Below are positions 37,526-47,427 of a stretch of 64,000 bases of DNA, piece by piece (position 1 is the stretch's first letter; each line of letters opens with the position of its first letter). The stretch is from Sphingobacteriales bacterium. GTDB taxonomy: Bacteria; Bacteroidota; Bacteroidia; Sphingobacteriales; Sphingobacteriaceae. Where the stretch lies: assembly GCA_004293485.1 (NCBI GenBank), contig RDYW01000033.1:28649-92648 (forward strand), in the 5' to 3' direction. The position numbers and the translations under genes are program-made. The notes under the pieces were generated by a model. It was not told the origin of the DNA and ran no database searches. It saw only the letters and a list, made by a program, of their open reading frames with translations.

Positions 37526-37803
37526 TGAAACCCACCATTACCGTAGAATATTGCCCCAAATGCAACTGGATGTTACGAGCAGCCTATTTTGCTCAAGAAA
37601 TACTCTCAACTTTTAGCGATGATGTGTTTAGTGTAAACTTGCAGCCTAGCGAATTGGCTGGTAAATTTAGCATCAGTATTAACGATGAAGAAATTTACGA
37701 CCGCAAAACCGAAGGTGGTTTTCCCGAAATTAAAGACCTAAAACAAAAGCTTCGTGATAAAATAAACCCCGATAAAAACCTTGGTCACAGCGATAAAAAA
37801 TAA
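37525..37803 (+). CDS. SelT/SelW/SelH (Rdx) family thioredoxin-like protein
   Basis: ITVEYCPKCNWMLRAAY, GKFSI, RKTEGGFPEIKDLKQKLRD, LGHSD; TAATG overlap with moaE. Confidence 0.9.
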   Translation: MKPTITVEYCPKCNWMLRAAYFAQEILSTFSDDVFSVNLQPSELAGKFSISINDEEIYDRKTEGGFPEIKDLKQKLRDKINPDKNLGHSDKK

Positions 37804-38356
37804 CCTAACAAACCTATTAGGCGCAGTATTATGCGGTGGTAAAAGTATGCGCATGGGTGCAGATAAAGGTCTTTTATTACAAGCCGATAAACCATGGGCC
37901 GCCTTGGTTGCCCAAAAATTTGATGCCTTAAACATAGCATATATAGTTTCGATAAACCATAGCCAAACCACAAGTTACACAGCTTATTTTAATACCAATA
38001 CTTTGGTGCTTGATAAGCAAACCATACCTGGCCCTTTGCGGGGATTGTTCACCGTACACCAGCAATATCCCGAAAAAGATTTACTTGTTTTAGCCTGCGA
38101 TATGATTGATATGCAAGCTATAACCATACAAACATTGGTAAATAATTACAACCAACAGCCCGATTTTGATTTTTATGCTTACCATAATGGCAATTTTTGG
38201 GAACCTTTTTGTGGTATTTACACGGCCAAGGGTTTAAATAATTTGAATTTAAAACACCAACCCAATTTTAGTATGCAACATATCCTATCATCGGGGCGCA
38301 CCCAAAAAAATAAAATTTTGGATATAGCGAGTTTTAAAAATTATAACAGCCCGTAA
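37781..38356 (+). CDS. mobA: Molybdenum cofactor guanylyltransferase
   Basis: VLCGGKSMRMGADK, GPLRGL, LVLACDM, EPFCGIY; TTG start overlapping the Rdx gene. Confidence 0.88.
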   Translation: MVTAIKNNLTNLLGAVLCGGKSMRMGADKGLLLQADKPWAALVAQKFDALNIAYIVSINHSQTTSYTAYFNTNTLVLDKQTIPGPLRGLFTVHQQYPEKDLLVLACDMIDMQAITIQTLVNNYNQQPDFDFYAYHNGNFWEPFCGIYTAKGLNNLNLKHQPNFSMQHILSSGRTQKNKILDIASFKNYNSP

Positions 38357-38424
38357 ATTTATTTTGAACTATGGCTTTGCACATCCGTTTATTTTTTCAA
38401 TATTTGCAATCTGATTAAAAAAAT

Positions 38425-38501
38425 GGGGGATTAGCTCATTCGGCTAGAGCGCTTCGCTGGCAGTGAAGAGGTGATCGGTTCGAATCCGATATTCTCCACC
38501 A
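38425..38501 (+). tRNA. tRNA-Ala (GGC), CCA encoded
   Basis: GGGGGAT/ATTCTCC acceptor, anticodon arm CTTCG-CTGGCAG-TGAAG, GGTTCGAATCC. Confidence 0.95.
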
Positions 38502-38551
38502 ATAAAAAAAGGAAACTGTAATGGTTTCCTTTTGTTGTTTTAGTGTTTTTT

Positions 38552-38860
38552 TTAAATGGGCTTTACCAAGTGTAGTACACTTCTGAAGGCTACATATTTA
38601 CCTTCAAATTTTTCTTGAAAATGTACTTGTAACTGGGGCGAATGCTGCGCTCGGTAAGCTATTAATTTTTGTTCATCATCTGTAATATATTGGGCGCAAT
38701 AGGTAATACCCTCGTTTTCGGGTTCGGTAAGTAAAAATAGGTTGCTGCTTGTAAAAGCACCTGTGGCCATTACTAATGGCATATGTTCTTGTTGCATAAA
38801 AGTAAGGTATTGAGCTTGTATGCTGGGTTCGATAATGGTGGTTACGTTGTAAATAATCAT
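38552..38860 (-). CDS. DUF4286 family protein
   Basis: MIIYNVT, EHMPLV, GITYCAQY, KFEGKYVAFRSVL. Confidence 0.85.
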   Translation of the reverse strand: MIIYNVTTIIEPSIQAQYLTFMQQEHMPLVMATGAFTSSNLFLLTEPENEGITYCAQYITDDEQKLIAYRAQHSPQLQVHFQEKFEGKYVAFRSVLHLVKPI

Positions 38861-38895
38861 GAGGCAAATATATGGTTTAAGCCAAATAAATAAAA

Positions 38896-40497
38896 TTATA
38901 ATGCATCGCCACGCAAGGCTCGATACCTTTGGCGAGCTTCGGTAATATAAGGACTGCTAGGATAATTGTTTATAAGGTTTTGATAATTTTGCTGGGCTTG
39001 GCTGGTTAAACCTAATTTTTCTTCTTGTAGCTTAGCCAGTAAAAACAGGGCATCGTCTATATACATGTCTTGGCTGTGCTGGTTAATAATGGTTTGGTAT
39101 TGTAATGCGGCGGCTTGGTTATTGTTTTGTTTTATAAATATTTTGGCTTTGGTAAGTAATACATCATCTTTTAATGTGCCATTGGGATATTGTGTTGTAA
39201 TGCTATCGAGGACGAGTAAAGCTTTAGGTAAATTATTTTTTAATACGTTTAAATCCGCGAAAGCGTACATTTTTAATGCTTTACCAGTGCTGTCGGCTAT
39301 TAAATTATCTTGTATTAATAAGCCTAAATCCAATGCATCGTTGGCTATTAATTGCGATGTTGATGCTTTTAATACATCGAGCTGGCTTTGAGCCCATTTA
39401 AAATCGGCGTTGTAAAACGATAGCTTGGCGTTTCGCAGCTTGGCTTCTTGCCCTAGGGGCTGGTTGGTATATGCTTTTTCTACTTGGCTGTATAACAGTG
39501 CGGCTTCCCATATAGTGTTGTTTATGAGGTAAATATCGCCTAGTTGTAATTTTAATTCGGCTATTTGCTGTTGCGTTATGTTATGCAGTTGCAATGCGTT
39601 AAGCAATAAATTTTGTGCTTGGGTAGGTTTATTTAAGTAGTAAGCTTGCAGTTGTGCTAGGCCTATAATTGCAAATAAAGTTTGGTAGTTTTTGCCGTAA
39701 TTATTTAATAGGGTATTATAATCGTTTTCTAGAGATTGTACATCGGGCATTAACAATGTGCCTTCGGTTAATAGTTGTTTTTTATTATTTAGGTTTTGTA
39801 TTTGGGCAATAATGTAATAGGGCTTAGTATTGCCTTTTGCAATAAGGTATTGATAGGCTTTACATGCTGTTTGGTAATCTTTATTTTGGTTAAAAATTTC
39901 GGCAATTTCAAACACCAATTCACCATCTTGCTGGTTTCTTTTATCTAATGCAATGGTTTGGGCTAAGGCCGATTTAAAATCTTTTTGTTGTAAGTATTGC
40001 CAAATTAGTAATTTAGTCAGGTTAGTATTATCGGGTTGCTTTTGTAATTGTTTTAATATGAGTGTTTTAAGTAAGGCATAATCAATTGAATCTGTAAGAG
40101 TTTTTGCTAGGTTTTTTTTTGCATAATCTACATAATTGGTATCATAATTTAATAAAATAAGAGTTTCATTTATTACATCATTTTTATTTTTTAAGGCGGC
40201 TAAACAATTTATAATTTGTAAACTGAATGCGGTTTTATTGTTTAAAATTTTTCGGCCTTGGATAAATGTTTTTAAAGCGTAAGTATAGTTTTGGCGCATA
40301 TAAAATACGTTTGCCATTTCGTTTATTACATTTTCATCGGGTTTAAGTTGGCTTATTGCTTTATCGTAAATTTTATTTGCTTTTTCGGGCTGTTTATTTT
40401 GTTCGTATGTATAGCCTAAATCAATTTTATTTTGTTGGGCGAATAGCAATACACTAAAAAAATTAAGCATCCATACAAAAATGTATTTTTTAGTCAT
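38896..40497 (-). CDS. Secreted tetratricopeptide-repeat protein
   Basis: Signal peptide, serial TPR helices, QLDVLKASTSQLIANDA, DDALFLLA; upstream of DUF4286. Confidence 0.85.
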   Translation of the reverse strand: MTKKYIFVWMLNFFSVLLFAQQNKIDLGYTYEQNKQPEKANKIYDKAISQLKPDENVINEMANVFYMRQNYTYALKTFIQGRKILNNKTAFSLQIINCLAALKNKNDVINETLILLNYDTNYVDYAKKNLAKTLTDSIDYALLKTLILKQLQKQPDNTNLTKLLIWQYLQQKDFKSALAQTIALDKRNQQDGELVFEIAEIFNQNKDYQTACKAYQYLIAKGNTKPYYIIAQIQNLNNKKQLLTEGTLLMPDVQSLENDYNTLLNNYGKNYQTLFAIIGLAQLQAYYLNKPTQAQNLLLNALQLHNITQQQIAELKLQLGDIYLINNTIWEAALLYSQVEKAYTNQPLGQEAKLRNAKLSFYNADFKWAQSQLDVLKASTSQLIANDALDLGLLIQDNLIADSTGKALKMYAFADLNVLKNNLPKALLVLDSITTQYPNGTLKDDVLLTKAKIFIKQNNNQAAALQYQTIINQHSQDMYIDDALFLLAKLQEEKLGLTSQAQQNYQNLINNYPSSPYITEARQRYRALRGDAL

Positions 40498-40648
40498 AAT
40501 GTTTTAATAATAAGTAAGATATATTTTTAATAACTATTAAATATACAACATTTGTTATGCGTAACTAATTTGTTACACACAATTTGCTGTAAACACCGTG
40601 TAATAGCATTATTTTGTATTTTAAATATCATCAAAATTATGTAAAATA

Positions 40649-42160
40649 ATGACTAGGGCAATTAAATTACCAGGCTTATTTCTTTTAATTTTTTTGTATG
40701 CAAATTGTAATATGCCTGGGCAGCAGAGCATTCCAACAGCATACTTTTTTACTCAAAATAATGTAAGTGATTATCGTATATCGCCCGATGGTGTTTTTGT
40801 ATCTTATGTTAAACGTAAAAATGAAGTAACAAATATTTTTGTTAAAAATATAGTTTCGGGTTACAGTGCTCAAATTACTTATTTAAAAATTGGTAACATA
40901 AAATCGTATTATTGGGCTAACGATAATACCATTTTTTACATCTCATCAAAACCCGATGGAGAATCGTTATATTATGTAAACACTAAAGGAAGAGGTAATT
41001 ATAAAACTTTAAATGCTAATTCAATATCATTTATCGACAGTAAATTATGGTATAATAAGTTTATTTTACTATCATTAAAAAAACATGGTGAACAAACAAA
41101 ACAAGCCTACAGTGTTAATATTGCTACTTGGAAGCCAACTTTAATAGCGGGTTATAAAGGAAGCTATAAACAATTTTTGAATGCTAATAATGCAGATATA
41201 ATAAAAGCAATAAAAAAGTGTTTAAACCCTTCATATTTTGATATAATTGATAATGATGCAAAAAACAATTTTTATATACTAAAAACATACAGCGATAGGC
41301 AGAAAGATGCTTTTTACTTATACAATAAAACTAAAAATACCTGCGATTTATTATCTGATAATGAAGCCATTACCCCAAGTAATTTATGTGAAACAAAACC
41401 TGTACAATTTTCTAAAACAAGTGGCAAAGCAGTGTATGGTTTTTTAACACTACCTAAAAGTGGTACTATTAATTTACCAACAGTAATAATACCATATGCC
41501 AATTCGAACAGTAAAAATAATTTAGGATTTGTACCCGAAGTGCAGTTTTTGGCCCATAAAGGTTACGCTGTGCTACAAATAAAAAGTACACTTAATGTTG
41601 GTTATAGTAACGAGGCTAAAAAAAATGATTTAAAAAAATGGGTATTTGCAATGCAAGCCGATATTATTGTAGCTACCAAATGGTTAATTAAAAAACAAAT
41701 TGCAAACCCCAGCAATATAGGCATATATGGAACAGGTTTTGGTGGTTTTATTGCATTAAACGCTGCATACCAAAAGCCTCAAATATTTAAATGTGCAGCC
41801 GCTTATTCGGGTATTAATAATTTGTTTACTTATTTAAAAGAACATAACACAGCCAGTATATACCAATATTTGCTGTATAACACAAAAAAAAAATCGCTTA
41901 ATGAAGCAAGTTTTATACGTAATTTTTCTCCTGTTTTTAATACCGATAAAATAAATATTCCTTTATTTATAGCACAAGGAGGTAAAGATAATTTGATTAG
42001 TGTTAACGAAACCAACGACTTTGTTAAGATTTTACGAAAACGAAATATTAAAATTAAATACTTAGTTAAAGATGAAGAAGGCCATACCTTTAAAAACAAA
42101 GAAAATATTATTGAGCTATACAATAATTTAGATAACTTTTTTAAACAAAATCTTAACTAA
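40649..42160 (+). CDS. S9 (prolyl oligopeptidase) family homologue, predicted catalytically inactive, probable lipoprotein
   Basis: ISPDG propeller start, VYGFLTLP, PEVQFLAHKGYAVLQ, AQGGKD, EEGHTF; nucleophile elbow reads GTGFGG instead of GxSxGG. Confidence 0.85.
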   Translation: MTRAIKLPGLFLLIFLYANCNMPGQQSIPTAYFFTQNNVSDYRISPDGVFVSYVKRKNEVTNIFVKNIVSGYSAQITYLKIGNIKSYYWANDNTIFYISSKPDGESLYYVNTKGRGNYKTLNANSISFIDSKLWYNKFILLSLKKHGEQTKQAYSVNIATWKPTLIAGYKGSYKQFLNANNADIIKAIKKCLNPSYFDIIDNDAKNNFYILKTYSDRQKDAFYLYNKTKNTCDLLSDNEAITPSNLCETKPVQFSKTSGKAVYGFLTLPKSGTINLPTVIIPYANSNSKNNLGFVPEVQFLAHKGYAVLQIKSTLNVGYSNEAKKNDLKKWVFAMQADIIVATKWLIKKQIANPSNIGIYGTGFGGFIALNAAYQKPQIFKCAAAYSGINNLFTYLKEHNTASIYQYLLYNTKKKSLNEASFIRNFSPVFNTDKINIPLFIAQGGKDNLISVNETNDFVKILRKRNIKIKYLVKDEEGHTFKNKENIIELYNNLDNFFKQNLN

Positions 42161-42164
42161 AAAA

Positions 42165-43838
42165 ATGAAGTCAAATACAACTAATTATAAAAAAAGCTAT
42201 TTTTTAATTGTTTCTTTTTTGGTGTTGATTTCGATTTCGTTGATTGTAGCTTTAATTGTAGGATATAACCTCGCCCGTAAATACGTTGAAAGCGAGTTTA
42301 TAACCTTAAAAACCGAAGTAATGGAAAAAAGCCTCGAACCATATAATACTTTTTTGCAAAACAAAATTCCTCAAGTATCCTATTATCAAGGATTTTTAGA
42401 TTCCTTATCGGCAGCCCAATTTGCTAATAATATTTTGCATACTTACCCTTTTGTTAGTAGAGTTTTATTTTACGATGCCGAAATTAGCAACCACAATATA
42501 ACCGATGGATTTAGATTTAACAAATTATCTATTGGCATAAAAGGATTATATAAATTTAAAATAAACCCGAACAAGGATTCGGTTATAATTTTTAAAAACG
42601 ATAAAGCAGGTAGTTTTACCTTATCAAAAACCGATGATTTTAATAAAATTGGGCAACGCTTTTGTTTTTTAGTAAGAAAAACCGATAGCATAACTTCACT
42701 ATCATCGGATGTAATTTTTAAAACATTTTACAACATATCAAACAACAAAATTACCTACATGGGCGTACCCCGCCCAAACGATTTGATACTTTACAAACAA
42801 CTAATGCTTCACAAAAAAATAAAATCTCCATTATACCAACAAGATATAATTTCCTTCGAACTAAATCCATTTAAAATTAAAATTGTAAACCAACACAAAG
42901 AATTATACCAGTTTATAAGCTTACGCAAAATATCGTACGACCCAGTGTACGAGCAGCCTAACCTTGTTTCTACTAATATTAACCTTCCGGGTGCTTTTGC
43001 CGATTATAAATTATACTTTGCAAGCGAGCGTAATTTTATTAAAAATAGAATACAAAACAGATACTTACCTATAGCTTCGGGTATAACATTTATATACCTT
43101 ATTTTGGTAATTATAATTTTATTATTGTTTCGAAATTTAAGTGTAAACAATAAACTTTTTCAATTACAATACGATTTTATAAATAATTTTACCCACGAAT
43201 TTAAAACCCCGGTATCGGTAATAAAAATAGCAGGCAACAATATTAAACGATCGGCTCAATTAAGCTTGGAAGAAAAAAATCATTATAGCAAAATTTTAGA
43301 CGAGGAAGCCGACAAGCTTAACGATTTAATGAATAAATTACTTTCCCTTGCACAACTCGAGTCAAAATCCATTACATTAAAATACGAAAAACTAAACCTC
43401 GAAGTTTATGTGCAAAATATTATCGACTCGTTTCAATTTAAATATCCCGATTACGAAATAAATCTTGAAATCAAAGATATAACTACCTTCAGCTCCGACC
43501 CAATATTGCTAGCAAGTATTTTTCATAATTTAATAGATAATGCTTATAAATATTCTACGGTAGCCAATAAACAATTAAGTATATTTATTCAGCGAAATCG
43601 TAATAATGTTGATTTTACATTTACCGATAAAGGAATAGGTATTAAACAATCAGAACTTAATAATATATTTAAAAAATTTTATCGAATACAAAATCAATAT
43701 AATCAACAAGGAAGCGTAGGTTTAGGCTTAGCATTTTGTAAAGAACTAGTTGTATTTATGAAAGGCAGCATCACTGTTAAAAGTAATATCGGCGAAGGCT
43801 CATGCTTTCATATAGTTTTACCTTATAAATCAATTTAA
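42165..43838 (+). CDS. Membrane sensor histidine kinase
   Basis: Two TM segments around a large periplasmic domain; H-box FTHEFKTP, N-box NLIDNAYKY, DKGIGI, IFKKFYR, GLGLA. Confidence 0.95.
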   Translation: MKSNTTNYKKSYFLIVSFLVLISISLIVALIVGYNLARKYVESEFITLKTEVMEKSLEPYNTFLQNKIPQVSYYQGFLDSLSAAQFANNILHTYPFVSRVLFYDAEISNHNITDGFRFNKLSIGIKGLYKFKINPNKDSVIIFKNDKAGSFTLSKTDDFNKIGQRFCFLVRKTDSITSLSSDVIFKTFYNISNNKITYMGVPRPNDLILYKQLMLHKKIKSPLYQQDIISFELNPFKIKIVNQHKELYQFISLRKISYDPVYEQPNLVSTNINLPGAFADYKLYFASERNFIKNRIQNRYLPIASGITFIYLILVIIILLLFRNLSVNNKLFQLQYDFINNFTHEFKTPVSVIKIAGNNIKRSAQLSLEEKNHYSKILDEEADKLNDLMNKLLSLAQLESKSITLKYEKLNLEVYVQNIIDSFQFKYPDYEINLEIKDITTFSSDPILLASIFHNLIDNAYKYSTVANKQLSIFIQRNRNNVDFTFTDKGIGIKQSELNNIFKKFYRIQNQYNQQGSVGLGLAFCKELVVFMKGSITVKSNIGEGSCFHIVLPYKSI

Positions 43839-43840
43839 AA

Positions 43841-44524
43841 ATGAATAAAAACATAAAAATTGCTATCGTAGAAGATGATGAAAACCTAAGATTTCTAGTA
43901 GTTCACAGGTTAATTAACGAAGGCTTTACCGTAATACAAACAGGTAATGGCCAGCTCGCCGAAGAGCTAATTATAACCGAACAACCTAATATTGTATTGC
44001 TTGATTGGATGTTACCTCATAAAGACGGTGCGCAAATATGCACCTCGCTTCGAGCCAAAGGATTTGAAAATCAAATTATTATGATGACCGCCAAAGCGCA
44101 AGATCTAGATAAAATTGATGCCTACAATTTTGGCGTATCCGATTACATTACCAAACCATTTAATATGGATGTTATGGTAGCAATGCTCGAAAATAAAATT
44201 AAATATCTACAACCCGATAAGATTGAAATAAATAAATTTGGTACCATGGAGTACCATCCAAATACACTTTCAGTTGTAAAAAACGATATAAAAATAGAAT
44301 TAACTATACTAGAAAACCGAATATTAACTTATTTTTTGCAAAATGCCAATAAAATTGTAAGCCGCGAAGATTTAATGATGGAAGTATGGGGTTACGATGC
44401 CGATTTAAGTACCCGAACCCTAGATATGCACATCGTACGCTTACGCAAAAAACTTGAAACCAACCCCGATAACCCCGAATATTTACAAACCGTACGCGGG
44501 CTAGGATATAGGCTAACTTTTTAG
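43841..44524 (+). CDS. OmpR/PhoB-family response regulator
   Basis: IVEDD, LLDWMLP, MMTAK, DYITKPF, winged helix RTLDMHIVRLRKK...TVRGLGY. Confidence 0.95.
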   Translation: MNKNIKIAIVEDDENLRFLVVHRLINEGFTVIQTGNGQLAEELIITEQPNIVLLDWMLPHKDGAQICTSLRAKGFENQIIMMTAKAQDLDKIDAYNFGVSDYITKPFNMDVMVAMLENKIKYLQPDKIEINKFGTMEYHPNTLSVVKNDIKIELTILENRILTYFLQNANKIVSREDLMMEVWGYDADLSTRTLDMHIVRLRKKLETNPDNPEYLQTVRGLGYRLTF

Positions 44525-44525
44525 C

Positions 44526-45188
44526 TTATAGTTTGTTTAACAATACCTTAAGTTTTTGCCGCCACTCTAACGTAAGTGCTTGCAAGTTTACCAAACGTTG
44601 CAATGCAGCTTTATTTTTATAATCGTGGTAACGTGTATAGTTTACTTCCATTACCGAAACCATAGCGGGGTGTGCGCTTACATGTACAAGCGTGTCGCTA
44701 GGTTTTACCCATCCTTCTTTTATAGTGCGAAAATAAAAGCCTGTATAACCTGTTTCTTGACACAATACAGGAAATTTTTTATAATTATACCTAATACCTA
44801 TCATATAACAAGGGCCTCGCGGTTCCGATACCTCTACCATACTTTCGCCCAGCATATACCTATCTCCAATATATACGTTTTCTTCTAAGGCTACATTGCC
44901 CAATAAGGTAAGATTTTCGCCAAATGCCCCCGCTTTCATATCAATATCTAAAGTGTTTTTCCAATGCATAAACCTATCCGCATTATAGCAACACACCGCC
45001 TTGTCGTTACCTCCGTGGTGCTTCGTATCAATCACAATATCGCCTTTAAAGCCCGTAAAAGTTAAATAAATAGCCCCTATCGTAATAGCTTGCTTATTGT
45101 ATGCAGTATGTGCACTTTGATGATCGGCAACCAATAACTCGGCCTCGCCTTTAATATTTATCGAATGTATAGCTATGTTTTTATTCAT
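44526..45188 (-). CDS. MOSC-domain protein (YiiM-like, with 3-alpha domain)
   Basis: DTKHHGGNDKAV, GAFGENLT, VSEPRGPC, TGFYFR; ATG 45188 preferred. Confidence 0.9.
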   Translation of the reverse strand: MNKNIAIHSINIKGEAELLVADHQSAHTAYNKQAITIGAIYLTFTGFKGDIVIDTKHHGGNDKAVCCYNADRFMHWKNTLDIDMKAGAFGENLTLLGNVALEENVYIGDRYMLGESMVEVSEPRGPCYMIGIRYNYKKFPVLCQETGYTGFYFRTIKEGWVKPSDTLVHVSAHPAMVSVMEVNYTRYHDYKNKAALQRLVNLQALTLEWRQKLKVLLNKL

Positions 45189-45471
45189 CAGTAACATCAA
45201 AATATTTTAAACCTACATTTTTACAGATATTAAAATGTATGAGTTCATAAATTAACTTTCAATTTCTTTTATTTATTAATAACCCTCCAAAAATACACAT
45301 AATCTGTACATCTAATAAGTACAAAAATACTAAAACGTAAAAGCAGTTATAGTATATAGCATATCAATTAACGCAAGCAAACGCAATATGAATTACCATA
45401 ACCACCCATTTAGAATAGCTTTACTGCTTACCTTTAATCTCATCTTTACTTTTAAAATAATTAAAAATAAT

Positions 45472-45502
45472 TTTGATTGCACCAATAAAAATCATAGTTT
45501 TG
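45472..45502 (+). promoter_or_regulatory. Complete Bacteroidota housekeeping promoter for tRNA-Pro/tRNA-Arg
   Basis: TTTG (45472-45475), 19-nt spacer, TAGTTTTG (45495-45502); matches TTTG-N19-21-TAnnTTTG. Confidence 0.75.
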
Positions 45503-45525
45503 CAATCCTATAATCAATACACACT

Positions 45526-45599
45526 CGGGGTGTAGCGTAGCCCGGTATCGCGCCACATTTGGGATGTGGAGGTCGTAGGTTCGAATCCTGCCACCCCGA
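45526..45599 (+). tRNA. tRNA-Pro (TGG)
   Basis: CGGGGTG/CACCCCG acceptor, CCACA-TTTGGGA-TGTGG anticodon arm. Confidence 0.96.
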
Positions 45600-45638
45600 C
45601 TAAGGCTCCCCGAAAAGGGAGCTTTAATTTTTTATAAT

Positions 45639-45712
45639 GGTTGCATAGCTCAGCTGGATAGAGCAACTGCCTTCTAAGCAGTAGGTCTTTGGTTCGAATC
45701 CAAATGCGACCA
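45639..45712 (+). tRNA. tRNA-Arg (TCT)
   Basis: GGTTGCA/TGCGACC acceptor, ACTGC-CTTCTAA-GCAGT anticodon arm. Confidence 0.96.
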
Positions 45713-45715
45713 CAC

Positions 45716-45749
45716 AAAGCCTTTCAAGTAAAACTGAAAGGCTTTTTTT
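45716..45749 (+). terminator. Intrinsic terminator after tRNA-Arg
   Basis: AAAGCCTTTCA-agtaaaac-TGAAAGGCTTT followed by TTTT. Confidence 0.8.
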
Positions 45750-45772
45750 ACTTCAACGCATTTATTAAAGCA

Positions 45773-47353
45773 ATGAGTTTACAAACCGAAATTGATAAAA
45801 GAAGAACATTTGGCATCATAAGCCACCCCGATGCGGGCAAAACCACCCTAACCGAAAAACTATTACTTTTTGGCGGTGCTATACAAACCGCAGGCTCGGT
45901 AAAGCGTAATAAAATCGAAAAAACCGCCACCTCCGATTTTATGGAAATCGAAAAACAACGTGGTATATCAGTAGCTACATCGGTAATGGGTTTCGATTAT
46001 CATGATTTTAAAGTAAATATACTAGATACCCCGGGCCATAAGGATTTTGCCGAAGACACCTACCGTACTTTAACCGCCGTAGATTCGGTTATACTAGTGG
46101 TTGATTGTGTAAAAGGTGTAGAAGAACAAACCCGCAAACTTATGCAGGTATGCCGTATGCGCAATACTCCCGTAATTATTTTTATCAATAAAATGGATAG
46201 AGAAGGGCAAAACCCTTTCGACCTTTTAGACGAGCTAGAAACCGAACTCAACATAAGCACCCGCCCGTTAAGCTGGCCCATTGGCATTGGTAGTACTTTT
46301 AAAGGCGTTTTTAATATCTTTAACAATACTTTAAGCCTTTTTAGCGCCAATAAAAAACACATCGAAAATGATGTGGTAGAAATAAAATCACTTGATGATA
46401 AAAAACTAGACAGCATAGTAGGCCAAAATTTAGCTTCTAAATTGCGTGAAGATATTGAACTGATAGAAAGTTTTTACGAACCATTTAACGAAAGCCTTTA
46501 CAAAGAAGGCTATTTAGCCCCCGTGTTTTTTGGTAGTGCTATCAATAATTTTGGCGTTAAAGAATTGCTAGATACCTTTGTACGTATTGCCCCCCAACCG
46601 CAACCAAGAGCCACTTTAGAACGCTTAATAAGCCCTGCCGAAAGTAATTTTTCGGGTTTTGTATTTAAAATACATGCCAACTTAGATCCTAACCATAGAG
46701 ATAGAATTGCTTTTTGCCGTATATGCTCGGGCAAGTTCGAGCGAAATGTTTTTTACAAAAATACCCGAACACAAAAGAAGCTAAGGTTTGCATCGCCCAC
46801 CAGTTTTATGGCTAATGCCAAAAGTGTGATTGATGAGGCATGGCCTGGCGATGTAGTGGGTTTATACGATTCGGGAAACTTTAAAATAGGCGATACCATT
46901 ACCACTGGCGAAGATATTAGGTTTGTGGGTATCCCCAGTTTTTCGCCCGAAATTTTTAAAGAAATCGAAAACACCGACCCTATGAAATCCAAGCAATTGG
47001 AAAAAGGCATCCAGCAATTAACCGATGAAGGTGTGGCACAGTTATTTATCCAAAATCCGGGTAACCGTAAAATTATAGGCACCGTAGGCGAACTTCAATT
47101 TGAAGTGATACAATTTAGGCTACTGCAAGAGTACGGCGCATCGTGTATTTTTAGGCACTTAAATTTTACCAAAGCACATTGGTTTACCTGCCCCGATGCT
47201 TTAAAAATTAACGAATTTATACAACGTAACCACGCCAAAGTGGGTTTTGATAAGGAAAACCGCCCTGTACTATTTACCACCAGTGCCTGGGATTTAGATT
47301 ATACAAAGCGACAATACGAGCATATTGTTTTTTACGAAACATCGGAGTTTTAA
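45773..47353 (+). CDS. prfC: Peptide chain release factor 3
   Basis: [62 protein letters not shown]; ATG 45773. Confidence 0.98.
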   Translation: MSLQTEIDKRRTFGIISHPDAGKTTLTEKLLLFGGAIQTAGSVKRNKIEKTATSDFMEIEKQRGISVATSVMGFDYHDFKVNILDTPGHKDFAEDTYRTLTAVDSVILVVDCVKGVEEQTRKLMQVCRMRNTPVIIFINKMDREGQNPFDLLDELETELNISTRPLSWPIGIGSTFKGVFNIFNNTLSLFSANKKHIENDVVEIKSLDDKKLDSIVGQNLASKLREDIELIESFYEPFNESLYKEGYLAPVFFGSAINNFGVKELLDTFVRIAPQPQPRATLERLISPAESNFSGFVFKIHANLDPNHRDRIAFCRICSGKFERNVFYKNTRTQKKLRFASPTSFMANAKSVIDEAWPGDVVGLYDSGNFKIGDTITTGEDIRFVGIPSFSPEIFKEIENTDPMKSKQLEKGIQQLTDEGVAQLFIQNPGNRKIIGTVGELQFEVIQFRLLQEYGASCIFRHLNFTKAHWFTCPDALKINEFIQRNHAKVGFDKENRPVLFTTSAWDLDYTKRQYEHIVFYETSEF

Positions 47354-47366
47354 CGCACATTGTTTA

Positions 47367-47386
47367 CTTTGGGTTACAACCTAAAG
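47367..47386. terminator. Hairpin between convergent prfC and esterase genes
   Basis: CTTTGGGT-taca-ACCTAAAG. Confidence 0.45.
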
Positions 47387-47427
47387 ATTTACTTATATAC
47401 AACAAAGCCACAGCCTCAAATTTGCAA

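Noticed and set aside
37525-37803. Selenoprotein possibility for the SelW-like gene
   Set aside because: The motif is CPKC with no in-frame TGA.
33938-45712. Possible tRNA-anchored genomic island(s)
   Set aside because: No integrase and no duplicated tRNA 3' end (att site) seen; the enclosed genes include core guaB.
45514-45772. ORF 45514-45717 (-) and the upstream extension of prfC from 45689
   Set aside because: Both overlap tRNA-Pro/tRNA-Arg; prfC starts at ATG 45773.
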